From Candidatus Bathyarchaeota archaeon (lineage in GTDB: Archaea; Thermoproteota; Bathyarchaeia; Bathyarchaeales; Bathycorpusculaceae): 64,000 bases of DNA. The notes under the pieces are model-generated. The model saw only the letters and a list, made by a program, of their open reading frames with translations, did not search any database and had not been told where the DNA came from. Both the position numbers and the translations under genes were made by a program. Position 1 is the stretch's first letter. Every line of letters begins with the position of its first letter. Positions 31,805 through 42,170 of the stretch are shown here, in pieces. The DNA is taken from the NCBI GenBank assembly GCA_963782525.1, contig CAWAKC010000011.1:64001-128000 (forward strand), given 5' to 3'.

Positions 31805-32554
31805 ATGCAGAGTTTGCTTAAGTGCATCGGGGTCTCCAAGCAGTTTGGAGGACTCCAAGCCCTAAAAAACGTGGATTTCACTGTAGGCGACGGTGAGATA
31901 GCGGGGCTTGTGGGACCCAACGGTTCAGGCAAATCAACACTCCTTAACCTTATAAGCGGTGTCTACAAACCCGACACGGGACAAATACTCTTCAACAACG
32001 AAGACATCGCCAAACTGCCTCCATACAAAATCTGCGCCAAAGGAATAACTAAAACCGCTCAAACAGTCCAATCATTCCCCGAAATGACAGCCACCCAAAA
32101 CGTTCTAACAAGCGTACTTTTCAACGAGAAAAAAGCAGGCGCCAAAGTCGATGGGTTGGCGAAGGCACAGGAGCTTTTGGGGTTTGTGGGTTTAGACAAA
32201 GAAAAATTTGATGTACCTGCTAAAAACCTAAACGTCGTGCAATTACGCCGAATACAACTCGCGAAGGCGCTGGCAACGAGTCCAAAACTGCTCTTGCTCG
32301 ACGAGTTGTTAACAGGTTTAACTCCCAGAGAATCCGACGAAGCAATAGAATTAATCAAGAAAATCAACAAACGAGGGGTTTCCGTGCTCATCGTGGAACA
32401 TGTTATGCGTGTAATCATGGGGCTTTGTAACCGAGTTATTGTCCTGCAGCACGGCGAAAAAATCTGTGAAGGAACTCCCAAAGAAGTAGTCTGCAATGAA
32501 AACGTTGTGAATGTTTACTTGGGGAAACGCTTCAAGTTCGGAGATGAAGAATGA
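31805..32554 (+). CDS. livG: branched-chain amino acid-type ABC transporter ATPase
   Basis: FGGLQAL, GPNGSGKST, LLLLDE, VEH, VYLG. Confidence 0.9.
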   Translation: MQSLLKCIGVSKQFGGLQALKNVDFTVGDGEIAGLVGPNGSGKSTLLNLISGVYKPDTGQILFNNEDIAKLPPYKICAKGITKTAQTVQSFPEMTATQNVLTSVLFNEKKAGAKVDGLAKAQELLGFVGLDKEKFDVPAKNLNVVQLRRIQLAKALATSPKLLLLDELLTGLTPRESDEAIELIKKINKRGVSVLIVEHVMRVIMGLCNRVIVLQHGEKICEGTPKEVVCNENVVNVYLGKRFKFGDEE

Positions 32555-32555
32555 T

Positions 32556-33260
32556 ATGCTGGAAATCCAAAACTTATCCGCTGCATATGGCATGGTGGAG
32601 ATTCTTTGGGATGTTTCTTTTAAAGTGGAGCAAGGCGAAATCGTCAGCATAATCGGACCCAACGGAGCAGGAAAAACAACTCTCGTTAAAACCATCACGG
32701 GGTTTCTACGTCCTAAAACTGGGACAATTAAATTTAATAGTGAAAACATAGAGAAATTGCCCACCTATGAGATAGTAAAAAAAGGACTCACGATGATTCC
32801 TGAAGGCAGAGAAATCTTTCCTCGCATGACCGTCGAAGAAAATCTTATGCTTGGCGCCTACAGCATAAAAGACAAGACAAAAATCAAGGAAACCAAAGAG
32901 AAAGCATTCGAGATTTTTCCCGTTTTAAAGAAGAAGGATAAGGCGTTAGCCCAAACACTTAGCGGTGGCGAACAGCAGATGCTTGTTATTTGCCGAAGCC
33001 TCATGTCTAATCCGCAGTTGCTAATTCTGGATGAACCCTCTTTGGGGTTAGCGCCAATCATTGTTGAGAAAGTTCTCGACACTGTTCGTACCATTAACGA
33101 AGAAGGCGTAACCGTCCTGCTGGTAGAACAGAACATCCGCGACAGCCTAGACATTGCCGACCGAGGCTACGTTCTAGAAGAGGGCAAGATAATTTTGGAA
33201 GGGAAGAGTAGGGAACTTTTATCTAATAGTCACATAAAGGAAGTGTATCTGGGCCTTTAA
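32556..33260 (+). CDS. livF: branched-chain amino acid-type ABC transporter ATPase
   Basis: GPNGAGKTT, PEGREIF, LSGGEQQM, DEPSLGLAP, VEQN. Confidence 0.92.
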   Translation: MLEIQNLSAAYGMVEILWDVSFKVEQGEIVSIIGPNGAGKTTLVKTITGFLRPKTGTIKFNSENIEKLPTYEIVKKGLTMIPEGREIFPRMTVEENLMLGAYSIKDKTKIKETKEKAFEIFPVLKKKDKALAQTLSGGEQQMLVICRSLMSNPQLLILDEPSLGLAPIIVEKVLDTVRTINEEGVTVLLVEQNIRDSLDIADRGYVLEEGKIILEGKSRELLSNSHIKEVYLGL

Positions 33261-33280
33261 ATCAGAGAGGGACAAATAAT

Positions 33281-34600
33281 TTGGCGGATGGCAAATACTG
33301 GAACGAAAAAATAGAAACCATGCCTGCTGAAGATATAAAGAAGATTCAGCTCCAAAAACTCAAACTTCAAGTCAAACACTGCTATGAAGATAGCAGCTTT
33401 TACCGCAAAAAATTCGATAGCGTCGGCTTAAAACCCGCTGATATTCGCTCTCTTGATGATTTGCAAAAGATTCCTTTTACGGTTAAGAGTGATATGAGAG
33501 ACAATTATCCCTTTGGTATGGTTGCTGCCAAATCCGACGAGATAGTTGAAATTCACGCTTCCAGCGGAACTACTGGTAACCCAATCATCGGCGCCTACAC
33601 TAAAAGCGATATGGAGATGTGGCAGGAACTTATGGCACGCTCTATCTACACAACGGGCGGGAGACGTCAAGATGTCATCCATATCGCATATGGTTATGGT
33701 TTATTCACTGGGGGCTTAGGATTCCACTATGGTGCTCAAAAAGTCGGCGCAAAAATTGTTCCTGCGAGCGGTGGCATGACGCAACGTCAAATCAAGCTTA
33801 TGAAAGACCTTGATGTTACGATCTTGGCCTGCACACCAAGCTTCGCTGTTTACCTCGCCGAAACCATGGCTCAAGAAGGGGTTGTTCCACAAAAAGACCT
33901 TAAACTTAGACTCGGTATGTTTGGCGCAGAACCCTGGTCACACAAAATCCGCGAAAGAATCGAAAAAGAAATGAACATAGAAGCATTCGACGTCTACGGG
34001 TTAACAGAGCTTTGCGGTCCGGGCGTCTCCATCGAATGCCCTGAGCATGATGGCTTGCACATTTGGGAAGACAACTTTATCGTGGAAACAATAGATCCTG
34101 ACACGGGCGAAGTGTTACCGCAAGGCGAAGAAGGTGAACTGGTTTTTACGGCTCTTAGCAAAGTTGGCTTGCCGATGCTGCGTTATAGGACAAGAGACAT
34201 CTCGAAAATCAATACCGAAAAATGTCCCTGCGGAAGAACTCATGCAAGGATGGATAGAGTGACGGGTAGATCCGACGACATGCTTATCATACGCGGAGTA
34301 AACGTGTTCCCATCACAAATTGAGTATGCTGTCATGTGCTTCTCCGAACTCGCAACCCAATACCTAATCGTTCTCGACAGGCCAGGAGCATTAGACACGT
34401 TCGTGGTTAAAGTTGAGTTATCCGAGAAAGCCTCCAAAGACCCCAAGCTAGACAAAGCTGCCTTGATCAATGAAATCCAAAAACGAATCCACATAGTAAC
34501 AGGAATATCAGCTGATGTTCAGATTGTGAAGCCAGGCGAACTCCCAAGAACTGAGGGTAAAGCAAAAAGAGTGTTAGATCTGCGTAAGGGCAAAATGTAA
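33281..34600 (+). CDS. paaK: phenylacetate-CoA ligase family
   Basis: HASSGTTG, YGYGLFTGG, GAEPW, YGLTE, RYRTRD, GRSDDM, EGKAKRV. Confidence 0.93.
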   Translation: MADGKYWNEKIETMPAEDIKKIQLQKLKLQVKHCYEDSSFYRKKFDSVGLKPADIRSLDDLQKIPFTVKSDMRDNYPFGMVAAKSDEIVEIHASSGTTGNPIIGAYTKSDMEMWQELMARSIYTTGGRRQDVIHIAYGYGLFTGGLGFHYGAQKVGAKIVPASGGMTQRQIKLMKDLDVTILACTPSFAVYLAETMAQEGVVPQKDLKLRLGMFGAEPWSHKIRERIEKEMNIEAFDVYGLTELCGPGVSIECPEHDGLHIWEDNFIVETIDPDTGEVLPQGEEGELVFTALSKVGLPMLRYRTRDISKINTEKCPCGRTHARMDRVTGRSDDMLIIRGVNVFPSQIEYAVMCFSELATQYLIVLDRPGALDTFVVKVELSEKASKDPKLDKAALINEIQKRIHIVTGISADVQIVKPGELPRTEGKAKRVLDLRKGKM

Positions 34601-34609
34601 GGATAAACT

Positions 34610-36802
34610 ATGACTTCCAAGATTGCAGCAGATAAGCCGGGCAGTTTTGCCCTGCTTAACGGTGACGAAGCGGTTGCACGCGGAGCAGTGGAAGCCACCG
34701 TAAAGGTTGCAGCCGCATATCCTGGAACGCCTTCTACGGAAATTTTGGAAACCATCGCTGAGGTAGCGAAAGATTTTGGCATCTATGCTGAATGGAGCAT
34801 TAACGAGATTGTTGCAGCGGAAGTAGCTGCGGGCGCTTCGATGACTGGGGTGCGCTCGATTGTTTCTATGAAGCATGTTGGCTTAAACGTTGCTGCCGAC
34901 GCTGCCATGACTTTGGCTTACACGGGCGTGGAAGGCGGCATGGTGATCGCCGTCTGTGACGACCCGGCATTGCATAGTAGCCAAAACGAGCAGGACACGC
35001 GATTCTTCGCAGTTCACTCAAAGCTACCTCTTTTGGACGCTGGTAGCCCTCAAGAAGCCCATGACATGGCACGGGATGCTTTCGAAATTAGCGAAAGAAT
35101 ACACCTGCCCGTTATCCTTCGGCTTACCACACGGGTTGCGCATGGAAAAGCCAGAGTAAAATTAGGTGAGCTCCAAAAAATTAAACGCAAAGCAGAATTT
35201 GACAAGAATGGCTCCAAATGGGTTATGGTGCCATCCAATGCCATTCGGCAGCATCGAGTTTTGGAGGGCAGGTTGGCAGAAGCAAAAAAGCTTGCGGAAA
35301 ACTCGAAGTTCAACATCATCGAAGATAACGGCTGCGAAATCGGTATTGTCGGAAGCGGAGTTGGCTACTATTATGCACGCTCGATTTTGGATACAAAAAA
35401 GTTTTCTTGGTTAAAGTTAGGATGGGTCCATCCTTTTCCCTCGGACATTGTCAAAAATTTCGCTTCTAAAGTTAAGAAACTAATAGTAATCGAAGAGTTG
35501 CGCCCTTATTTAGAGGAAAACATTCAGCGGCTAAAACTTGAATTCACTGGAAAAAGCCAATTAGGCTTAGAAGAAATCGGCGAATTCACTCCCGACAACG
35601 TTCGCCAAGCCTTCGCCAAATTGGGCTTAACTTCAAAAGCCGAGCCGCCACAACTTTTAGATTTGCCACCCAGACCACCTGCCCTCTGCCCAGGTTGCCC
35701 TCACCGAGCATTTTACTACGCACTAAACATGCTCAATCAACACGTCGACTGCGACAATGACAAATGCGTTGGATGTGACATCTGCGAGTATGCCTGCTCC
35801 TTTGAAAAAGAGAAGGTCTTCAACCCGCTTAAGTCGAGGATTCGCTCTGTTCGGGTTGGGCAAATCCAAAATACGGCAGTAACTTGCAAAGGCTGCATTG
35901 ATGCACCATGTATTCTTGCTTGCCCCGAAAAAGCAATCGCGCAGGTCAAGGAAACGGGTGCCATAATTGTTGATGAATCCAAATGTAAAGGCTGTGATTG
36001 GTGCATAGATGCCTGCAAGTATGGCGCAATAACTCTGCATCCCAGTAGCCACAAAGCCATCGTTTGCGACACCTGCGGTGGTGACCCCAAATGCATCCCA
36101 GCGTGTCCTGAAAGCGCACTGAGTTTAACTGGAAATTCCAAAGACAAAATTGTTACAGGAGACATTGGCTGCTATACACTAGGTGTATTGCCCCCAGTGA
36201 ATGCAGTTCAAAGTTGCCTCTGTATGGGAGCGGGAATTTCTCAGGCGGCAGGAATGATTCATGCTGGAGTAAAAGAGAAAGTGTTCGCAGTTATCGGCGA
36301 CTCAACATTTTTCCATGCAGGCATGCCTGGACTGCTAAACATTGTTTACAACAAGGCAAATGTCTGCGTAATCATAATGGACAACAGCGTAGTTGCCATG
36401 ACAGGTCACCAGCCGACGCCTGGTTCAGGAAAAACCGCAATGGGAACCGACGCTAAAATCATAAAAATCCAAGACATCGCCAAAGGAGTTGGCATAGAAA
36501 AAGTCGACGTAATTGACCCGTACGACTTGAAGGCTGCAATCGCCAAAATCAAAGAAGCACTAGATTATCAGGGACCATCAGTCATCATCTCCCAGCGCCC
36601 TTGTCCATTGTTGATTGAACGCGGTAAACCGCGCGAAATCAAAGAGGAATGCAACGCCTGCGGAGTATGCGTGAAAGCCTTTGGATGTCCAGCCATAAGC
36701 TTAACAAGCGAACATGCCCAAATCGACGCCACGCTTTGTTATGGTTGTGGAGTTTGCGAAACCGTATGCCCCTTCGATGCTGTCGGGAGGAAAGAGAAAT
36801 GA
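34610..36802 (+). CDS. iorA: indolepyruvate:ferredoxin oxidoreductase alpha subunit with internal 4x[4Fe-4S] insertion
   Basis: YPGTPSTE, MKHVGLN, SSQNEQD, CPGCPH, GDIGC, IGDSTF, AMTGHQ; C-terminal ferredoxin. Confidence 0.92.
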   Translation: MTSKIAADKPGSFALLNGDEAVARGAVEATVKVAAAYPGTPSTEILETIAEVAKDFGIYAEWSINEIVAAEVAAGASMTGVRSIVSMKHVGLNVAADAAMTLAYTGVEGGMVIAVCDDPALHSSQNEQDTRFFAVHSKLPLLDAGSPQEAHDMARDAFEISERIHLPVILRLTTRVAHGKARVKLGELQKIKRKAEFDKNGSKWVMVPSNAIRQHRVLEGRLAEAKKLAENSKFNIIEDNGCEIGIVGSGVGYYYARSILDTKKFSWLKLGWVHPFPSDIVKNFASKVKKLIVIEELRPYLEENIQRLKLEFTGKSQLGLEEIGEFTPDNVRQAFAKLGLTSKAEPPQLLDLPPRPPALCPGCPHRAFYYALNMLNQHVDCDNDKCVGCDICEYACSFEKEKVFNPLKSRIRSVRVGQIQNTAVTCKGCIDAPCILACPEKAIAQVKETGAIIVDESKCKGCDWCIDACKYGAITLHPSSHKAIVCDTCGGDPKCIPACPESALSLTGNSKDKIVTGDIGCYTLGVLPPVNAVQSCLCMGAGISQAAGMIHAGVKEKVFAVIGDSTFFHAGMPGLLNIVYNKANVCVIIMDNSVVAMTGHQPTPGSGKTAMGTDAKIIKIQDIAKGVGIEKVDVIDPYDLKAAIAKIKEALDYQGPSVIISQRPCPLLIERGKPREIKEECNACGVCVKAFGCPAISLTSEHAQIDATLCYGCGVCETVCPFDAVGRKEK

Positions 36803-37386
36803 ACCTCGATATAGTGTTCAGCGGCGTCGGTGGTCAAGGAGTCGTTGTTTTAAGCGACATTTATTGTGAAGCGGCGATGCTCGATGGGTTTGATGTTGCA
36901 AAAGCTGAAATTCATGGCATGGCCCAACGCGGAGGTTCCATTGTGGCTTTCACGAGAATCGGCTCTAAGGTAGAGTCACCATTGATTGAGACGGGAAAAG
37001 CAGATGTGCTGGTTGGGTTTGAAATCTTGGAGACGGCTCGGGCTCTGCCGATCCTCAAAAAGAACGGCTCGGTAATCGTTAACATGAAGTATATTCCGCC
37101 TAACTGTTTAGCTTCAGGCGCTAAACCCAAGAAAATCGAGGAATTGATGGCGTTGCTGCGGGCTAAAGCTTTGGTTCATGAAATAGACGGCGCAGGCATA
37201 GCAGAAAAACTTGGGAATATGCTGGTTGTTAATACAGTTCTTTTGGGCGCTTTGTCGGCTCTTCCAGAAATACCAGTTAAAGTTGAGTCTTTCCACCAAG
37301 CCATTGCAGGTAGACTTAAAGAAAAATACATCAACCTCAACATTAAAGCCTTCCAGCTAGGAAGGGATTCCGTGTTAAAGAGTTAA
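36799..37386 (+). CDS. iorB: indolepyruvate:ferredoxin oxidoreductase beta subunit
   Basis: GVGGQG, EIHGMAQRGGS; ATG overlaps the iorA stop. Confidence 0.93.
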   Translation: MNLDIVFSGVGGQGVVVLSDIYCEAAMLDGFDVAKAEIHGMAQRGGSIVAFTRIGSKVESPLIETGKADVLVGFEILETARALPILKKNGSVIVNMKYIPPNCLASGAKPKKIEELMALLRAKALVHEIDGAGIAEKLGNMLVVNTVLLGALSALPEIPVKVESFHQAIAGRLKEKYINLNIKAFQLGRDSVLKS

Positions 37387-37437
37387 TTTTATATGCGTTT
37401 TCTCATGATATAGCAAAGAAAACCTGAGGAAAGGAAA

Positions 37438-38805
37438 ATGCAAAAGAAAATACTAGCTATTTTAGTAATTGTTATCGTTGCAATTGCAGCTGTAGCAGCT
37501 ATTGAATTATCATCTAAACCAGCTCCGTCAGCTGAAGCTCGAAACATAAAGATCGGCTTAGTTGCACCAATGAGCACATCCATTGGACAAGACATGTATA
37601 ACGCAGCCACTTTGGCAGTTAACGAAATCAATAACGCAGGCGGAATCTACGTTTCCGATTGGAACACTAAAGTTAACATTACATTAGTAACCGCTAACAC
37701 AATCGACGACGCTCCTGGTAATGCTAAAACACCTGTAGTTCAAGCAGTTGAATCAGACAAAGTTGACATGTTAATCGGTGGATATGGCAGTGCAGGAACT
37801 CTCGCTAACGAAGTCGTAGCGATCCAAGACAAAGTTCCCTACATAATCACAGGCGCTTCAAATCAACTCGTCACCCGAAGAGGGCCCCAAGGGGACTACG
37901 GAGGCTTTGGTCCAAATGGAGCAAACAGCATTAGTGATGCTGAAGGAATGAGTTACATTTTCCATTACTGCACTACAACTTACGACTATAGCAAAACAGT
38001 CGTTGATTTCTTCGCAACTGTGATGAAACCGATGGTTGCACCAGATCGAAACTTCAGCTTAGCAATAATCTACCGAAATGACGCCTTTGGACAAGGAGTA
38101 GACCAAGCAACAAAGTACTGGATACAGAACGAAAGCCTACCTATCACTTTAACTGAAAGAAGCTATGACCCAGCCACAACCAATTACCAAACAGACCTAT
38201 CGGTAATCAAACAAGCAAACCCAGATGCAGTGTTTGTCGTGGATAACCCTGACAAGACACCCAACATAATCAAACAAGGATGGAACGACGTAGGCCTAAA
38301 ATCTGTTTACATAGCAGTTGAAAACAACCAAGACCCTACTTTCTATTCAATACTTGGAAGCACAGGTGATGGACAGCTCTTAGAATCAAAGATGGATCCA
38401 TTCATGACGCCGTCTTATTCGTCAGCGGTTCAAACTTACACCCAGAATTATATCGCGGCCTATCCGCATTTAATGCCGGGCATGATGGGCGCTGATACAT
38501 ATGATGCCTTCTACATCGCAAAAGATGCAATCCAAAGTGCAGGAACCATCGACAAAGTAGCAGTTCGGCAGGCAATTGAGAACACTGACATCAACCAAAT
38601 GCTAATCCAGACAAAGACGGGCAAAGTGCAATTTAGTACAGGTGTAAACTACCACGAAATTGATCCAGTAACTTTCATTGAACAACTTAAGTATGATGCG
38701 TCATCTCTCCACTTGACAGCGCAAATCGTTTGGTCACCGCCAGGCGCAACGAACCTAAAGCAAGCAGACTTTACACTGCCAACAGGATATAAACCTGGAC
38801 AATAA
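37438..38805 (+). CDS. ABC transporter substrate-binding protein (Liv/type I PBP)
   Basis: N-terminal TM anchor; IKIGLVAP..G..AVNEINNAGG; YDA motif. Confidence 0.88.
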   Translation: MQKKILAILVIVIVAIAAVAAIELSSKPAPSAEARNIKIGLVAPMSTSIGQDMYNAATLAVNEINNAGGIYVSDWNTKVNITLVTANTIDDAPGNAKTPVVQAVESDKVDMLIGGYGSAGTLANEVVAIQDKVPYIITGASNQLVTRRGPQGDYGGFGPNGANSISDAEGMSYIFHYCTTTYDYSKTVVDFFATVMKPMVAPDRNFSLAIIYRNDAFGQGVDQATKYWIQNESLPITLTERSYDPATTNYQTDLSVIKQANPDAVFVVDNPDKTPNIIKQGWNDVGLKSVYIAVENNQDPTFYSILGSTGDGQLLESKMDPFMTPSYSSAVQTYTQNYIAAYPHLMPGMMGADTYDAFYIAKDAIQSAGTIDKVAVRQAIENTDINQMLIQTKTGKVQFSTGVNYHEIDPVTFIEQLKYDASSLHLTAQIVWSPPGATNLKQADFTLPTGYKPGQ

Positions 38806-38911
38806 GAGACTTTTTTCAAAACCCCTTCTTTTCTTTTGTTTCTCGTATGTTTTAAATAGTTAACATGATAAATTATTTCAACCGCTTGATGGTGAGAGAG
38901 GAGAATTTACA

Positions 38912-39790
38912 ATGGATATAACGGCACCTACAATTATACTAACATTAGTCTGGGGTGTCGCCATTGGATGCATCTACATTTTGCTGGCAACTGGGTTAAA
39001 CATAATCTTTGGAGTAATGAAGCTAGTAAACTTTGCCCATGGACAATTACTTATGATAGGGGCTTTCTTAACTTGGACCCTCTCAGTTTCAGCGGGATTA
39101 AACGCGTACGTTGCGATTCTAATTTCGATGGTGGTTGTTGCTGCTTTGGGGGTTGTTGTGGAAAGGCTTACTTTTCGTAGAGTCTTGGGCACTGATAAGC
39201 TCAATGAGATTTTTGTTAGTCTTGGTTTGATTTACATCTTTGAGAATGCTGCAATGCTTATTTGGGGCGCGGGCTCAAAGCAGATTGTAAGTCCTTTGTA
39301 TGGCTTGAGTTTGGCGTTGCCAAGCATATCTATAACTTTTGATCGTATAGTCGCGGTATTCGTTGTAGTTGCGGCATTGATAGCTTTTGGCTTGCTTATA
39401 CAGAAAACAAAGCTCGGTTTGGCCATGCGGGCAACTAGCCAAAGAAACACCACCGCCAAGCTCATGGGCATAAACATCGAAAAAATTTACATGTTCACCT
39501 TTGCAATTGGCGCAGCCCTAGCAGCTCTCGCCGGGGGACTCTATGGCATAATCTTTTCCTTTGACTACCAAGTTGGAGCGATGCCAACAATCATAGCTTT
39601 CGCCATCATAATCCTTGGCGGCTTAGGAAGCATCAAAGGCGCCATCATAGGTGGACTACTATACGGCATAGTTGAACAGTTGGCAACATTGTTCCTGGGC
39701 GGAATCTGGGGAAGTGCGGTCGCCTTCGCAATGCTAATCGTTGTTCTGATAGTCAGGCCTAACGGAATATTCGGTGAAAAAGGAGAATAA
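38912..39790 (+). CDS. livH: branched-chain amino acid-type ABC permease
   Basis: GLNIIFGVMKLVNFAHG, GLAMRA, GGLGS, RPNGIFG. Confidence 0.92.
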   Translation: MDITAPTIILTLVWGVAIGCIYILLATGLNIIFGVMKLVNFAHGQLLMIGAFLTWTLSVSAGLNAYVAILISMVVVAALGVVVERLTFRRVLGTDKLNEIFVSLGLIYIFENAAMLIWGAGSKQIVSPLYGLSLALPSISITFDRIVAVFVVVAALIAFGLLIQKTKLGLAMRATSQRNTTAKLMGINIEKIYMFTFAIGAALAALAGGLYGIIFSFDYQVGAMPTIIAFAIIILGGLGSIKGAIIGGLLYGIVEQLATLFLGGIWGSAVAFAMLIVVLIVRPNGIFGEKGE

Positions 39791-39791
39791 A

Positions 39792-40886
39792 ATGCAGATA
39801 AAACAACCCCTCACCGAATTTCTTCACTCAAAAGGCTTCCTAATCTTACTGGTCTTTTTCGCAATCTCAGCTGTGCTGCCAATAGTTATACCTGATAGTT
39901 TCTTTCTCTACATTCTAACTCTCATCTTTGTTTTCGCGATTTACGCGGCAAGCTGGAATTTTCTTGCTAATTCCGGTCAAGGCTCACTTGGACATGCAGT
40001 CTTCTTGGGTATCGGTGGATTCTCATCAGCAATCCTCGGGGGCAGAATTTCCATAGCGTTGATTGGGGTTTTGGGTGTAACTCAGATGCCGATTGGTGTC
40101 TTGTCGGTTTTTGTGCAGATTGTTGTGTTGCTCGTCGGTGGTTTGGTTTCTGCTGGAATTGGCTTGTTGATAGGTTTGGCTTGTGTTCGTTTGAAGGCTT
40201 GGTATTTGGCTATGGTGACGTTTGGTTTTTCAGTAATCGCTAGCACTCTCTCAAGCCAGTTTGATTCCTTCACCAACGGCATAAATGGTTTTTCTCCGGT
40301 TAGGCTTGTGCAGGGCGGATATCCGTTCTATTTTTTGGTGATCTCCTTTGCTGCAGCTTCAATCGCTACGATGTATCTGATCATGAGGTCACGGATGGGA
40401 TTAGCATTTCGGGCTATCCATGGAAACGAAGCAGAAGCTAGAATGATTGGAATTAACACAGCAAAGTATAAGCTAATAGCGTTTGTCATAAGCACCTTTT
40501 TCGCTGGCATAGCAGGCGGATTGTACTCGTATTTCTTAACTTTCATTGATAACTCCATCTTTTCCCCTGCCAACTCTTTCTTGCCACTTATTATGACTGT
40601 AATTGGAGGATTGGGAACCGTTGTTGGACCAATCATCGGCGCCATCTTCCTAGTTTCGATTCAGCAAATTTTAGCGCTTCCAGGAGTCGTTGACTCCCTA
40701 AGAACATCTCTTGGATCATACTTCCCAGGAGTAAGCAACGTTGGACCTCCCCTAAGCTACCTAATAATCGGAGTAATCCTGCTTGTGATTGTTATTTTCG
40801 CTCCAAAAGGGCTGATATCGCTTTTCCGAAAATTCTACAATTACCTCGTCAGCGAAGAAAAACCAAAAGGAACAAAAAAACAATGA
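39792..40886 (+). CDS. livM: branched-chain amino acid-type ABC permease
   Basis: SLGHAVF.GIG, YLAMVT, GLAFRAI, GGLGT..GP, APKG. Confidence 0.9.
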   Translation: MQIKQPLTEFLHSKGFLILLVFFAISAVLPIVIPDSFFLYILTLIFVFAIYAASWNFLANSGQGSLGHAVFLGIGGFSSAILGGRISIALIGVLGVTQMPIGVLSVFVQIVVLLVGGLVSAGIGLLIGLACVRLKAWYLAMVTFGFSVIASTLSSQFDSFTNGINGFSPVRLVQGGYPFYFLVISFAAASIATMYLIMRSRMGLAFRAIHGNEAEARMIGINTAKYKLIAFVISTFFAGIAGGLYSYFLTFIDNSIFSPANSFLPLIMTVIGGLGTVVGPIIGAIFLVSIQQILALPGVVDSLRTSLGSYFPGVSNVGPPLSYLIIGVILLVIVIFAPKGLISLFRKFYNYLVSEEKPKGTKKQ

Positions 40887-41245
40887 AAGGCACAGACTAC
40901 TTCGCAGAAGCTTTAGGCATAAAAGTTCTGGAAGCAAAAGACGGCTACGCAAAAGTAACCATGAAAGTCGAAAAAATCCACACAAACGCCCTGGGTTTCA
41001 CGCATGGCGGCGCAGTCTTCTCGCTGGCAGATTATGCTTTTGCTCACGCTTGCAATTGCGGCGAAAATGTGGCGGTGGCCGTTCAGGTTAGCATAAATTT
41101 CCTCAAACCCACAGTCGAGGGTGACCTTTTGACAGCTGAAGCAACCCGGGTTTCGGAAGGCAAAACAACGGGGTTATACCAGGTTACTGTTCGCAAAGAA
41201 GACAAGATCGTTGCGTTATTCACTGGGTTAGCCTTCAAAAAATAA
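40883..41245 (+). CDS. paaI: PaaI family hotdog thioesterase
   Basis: N..GFTHGGAVFSLAD.AF..ACN. Confidence 0.9.
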   Translation: MKGTDYFAEALGIKVLEAKDGYAKVTMKVEKIHTNALGFTHGGAVFSLADYAFAHACNCGENVAVAVQVSINFLKPTVEGDLLTAEATRVSEGKTTGLYQVTVRKEDKIVALFTGLAFKK

Positions 41246-41334
41246 CCTTGCCAACCAATCGCTATATAGACATTGTAGAAGAATAAACCAAGCCAACAAT
41301 ATTTTTATTGTAGACTTCGACCTAGGTTTATGAT

Positions 41335-41407
41335 GCTGGGGTGGCCGAACGGTTCAGGCGGTAGCCTGCAGAGCTGCTCTATATGGGTTCAACTCCCATC
41401 CCCAGCT
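41335..41407 (+). tRNA. tRNA-Cys(GCA)
   Basis: Acceptor GCTGGGG/CCCCAGC, U73 discriminator, anticodon arm GTAGC-CTGCAGA-GCTGC, T arm ATGGG-TTCAACT-CCCAT; no intron, CCA not encoded. Confidence 0.95.
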
Positions 41408-41439
41408 CTTTAGCATACATCCCCAGTTTTTGACAAATC

Positions 41440-41619
41440 TTACTTGCGTTTTCTGAAAAGCTTGACATTGCTCATTTCGCAGACGTATTCGTAGCCAGCT
41501 TCGATCAGTTGAGTTGCTTCTTTGACGTTTTCTGCGGCTTTACAATGGTATTCATCGTCTTCGAAGGTTACCAGTTGGGCGTAGATTAAGGTGTTTTTGA
41601 TGTTTTTGTGTCCTAATAG
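41440..41619 (-). pseudogene. C-terminal remnant of a tyrosine recombinase/integrase
   Basis: Translates LLGHKNIKNTLIYAQLV...YVCEMSNVKLFRKRK* (box II LGH...T..Y); no upstream part; stop codon about 30 nt from the tRNA 3' end. Confidence 0.8.
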
Positions 41620-41678
41620 CGGAGTTATATGTTAAATGTTCCAGTTTCAGATAAAAAAACAGGTTAAGTGTTAGGATA

Positions 41679-41879
41679 TTGGATAAAATCGTGTGTCCGC
41701 AGTGTAAAGCTCAAATTCTTCTCATTCCAGACCTAAAGAAAATGGCTGCAGTTATCGCTGATCATGTTGAAATCCATACTAATAAATTGAAGTCCAAAAA
41801 AATGCCGGAATCCGAAATTGCAAGACAGAAAAAAGAATTAGAACACACTTTGATTAAAGAAATAATAGACGCAATCTAG
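41679..41879 (+). CDS. small putative zinc-binding protein
   Basis: CPQC...HVEIH (C2H2-like). Confidence 0.65.
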   Translation: MDKIVCPQCKAQILLIPDLKKMAAVIADHVEIHTNKLKSKKMPESEIARQKKELEHTLIKEIIDAI

Positions 41880-42170
41880 AGAAATATGCATCATTTCCCT
41901 AAACGCTGCTTGTACTCGGTGATCCTTCTTTCGCCGCTTAAAACCTGAAGACTCGCTGGTAGAAATGGAGATGAATAAACAAAAGACAGGAATGAGCTTC
42001 CTCGGCATTGTTTTTGATAACCGTAAGAAAGTCATAAACCGATAGATCCATTCTGCTCTATGCGTAGAGCAAACTGCCCGCCACCCCCCGTGCGAATATG
42101 TACTTTTCAGCTATGAGCTAAAAAGGGAAGGGAATAGTACCTCAGTAATGCACAAGCGACATACTATTAT

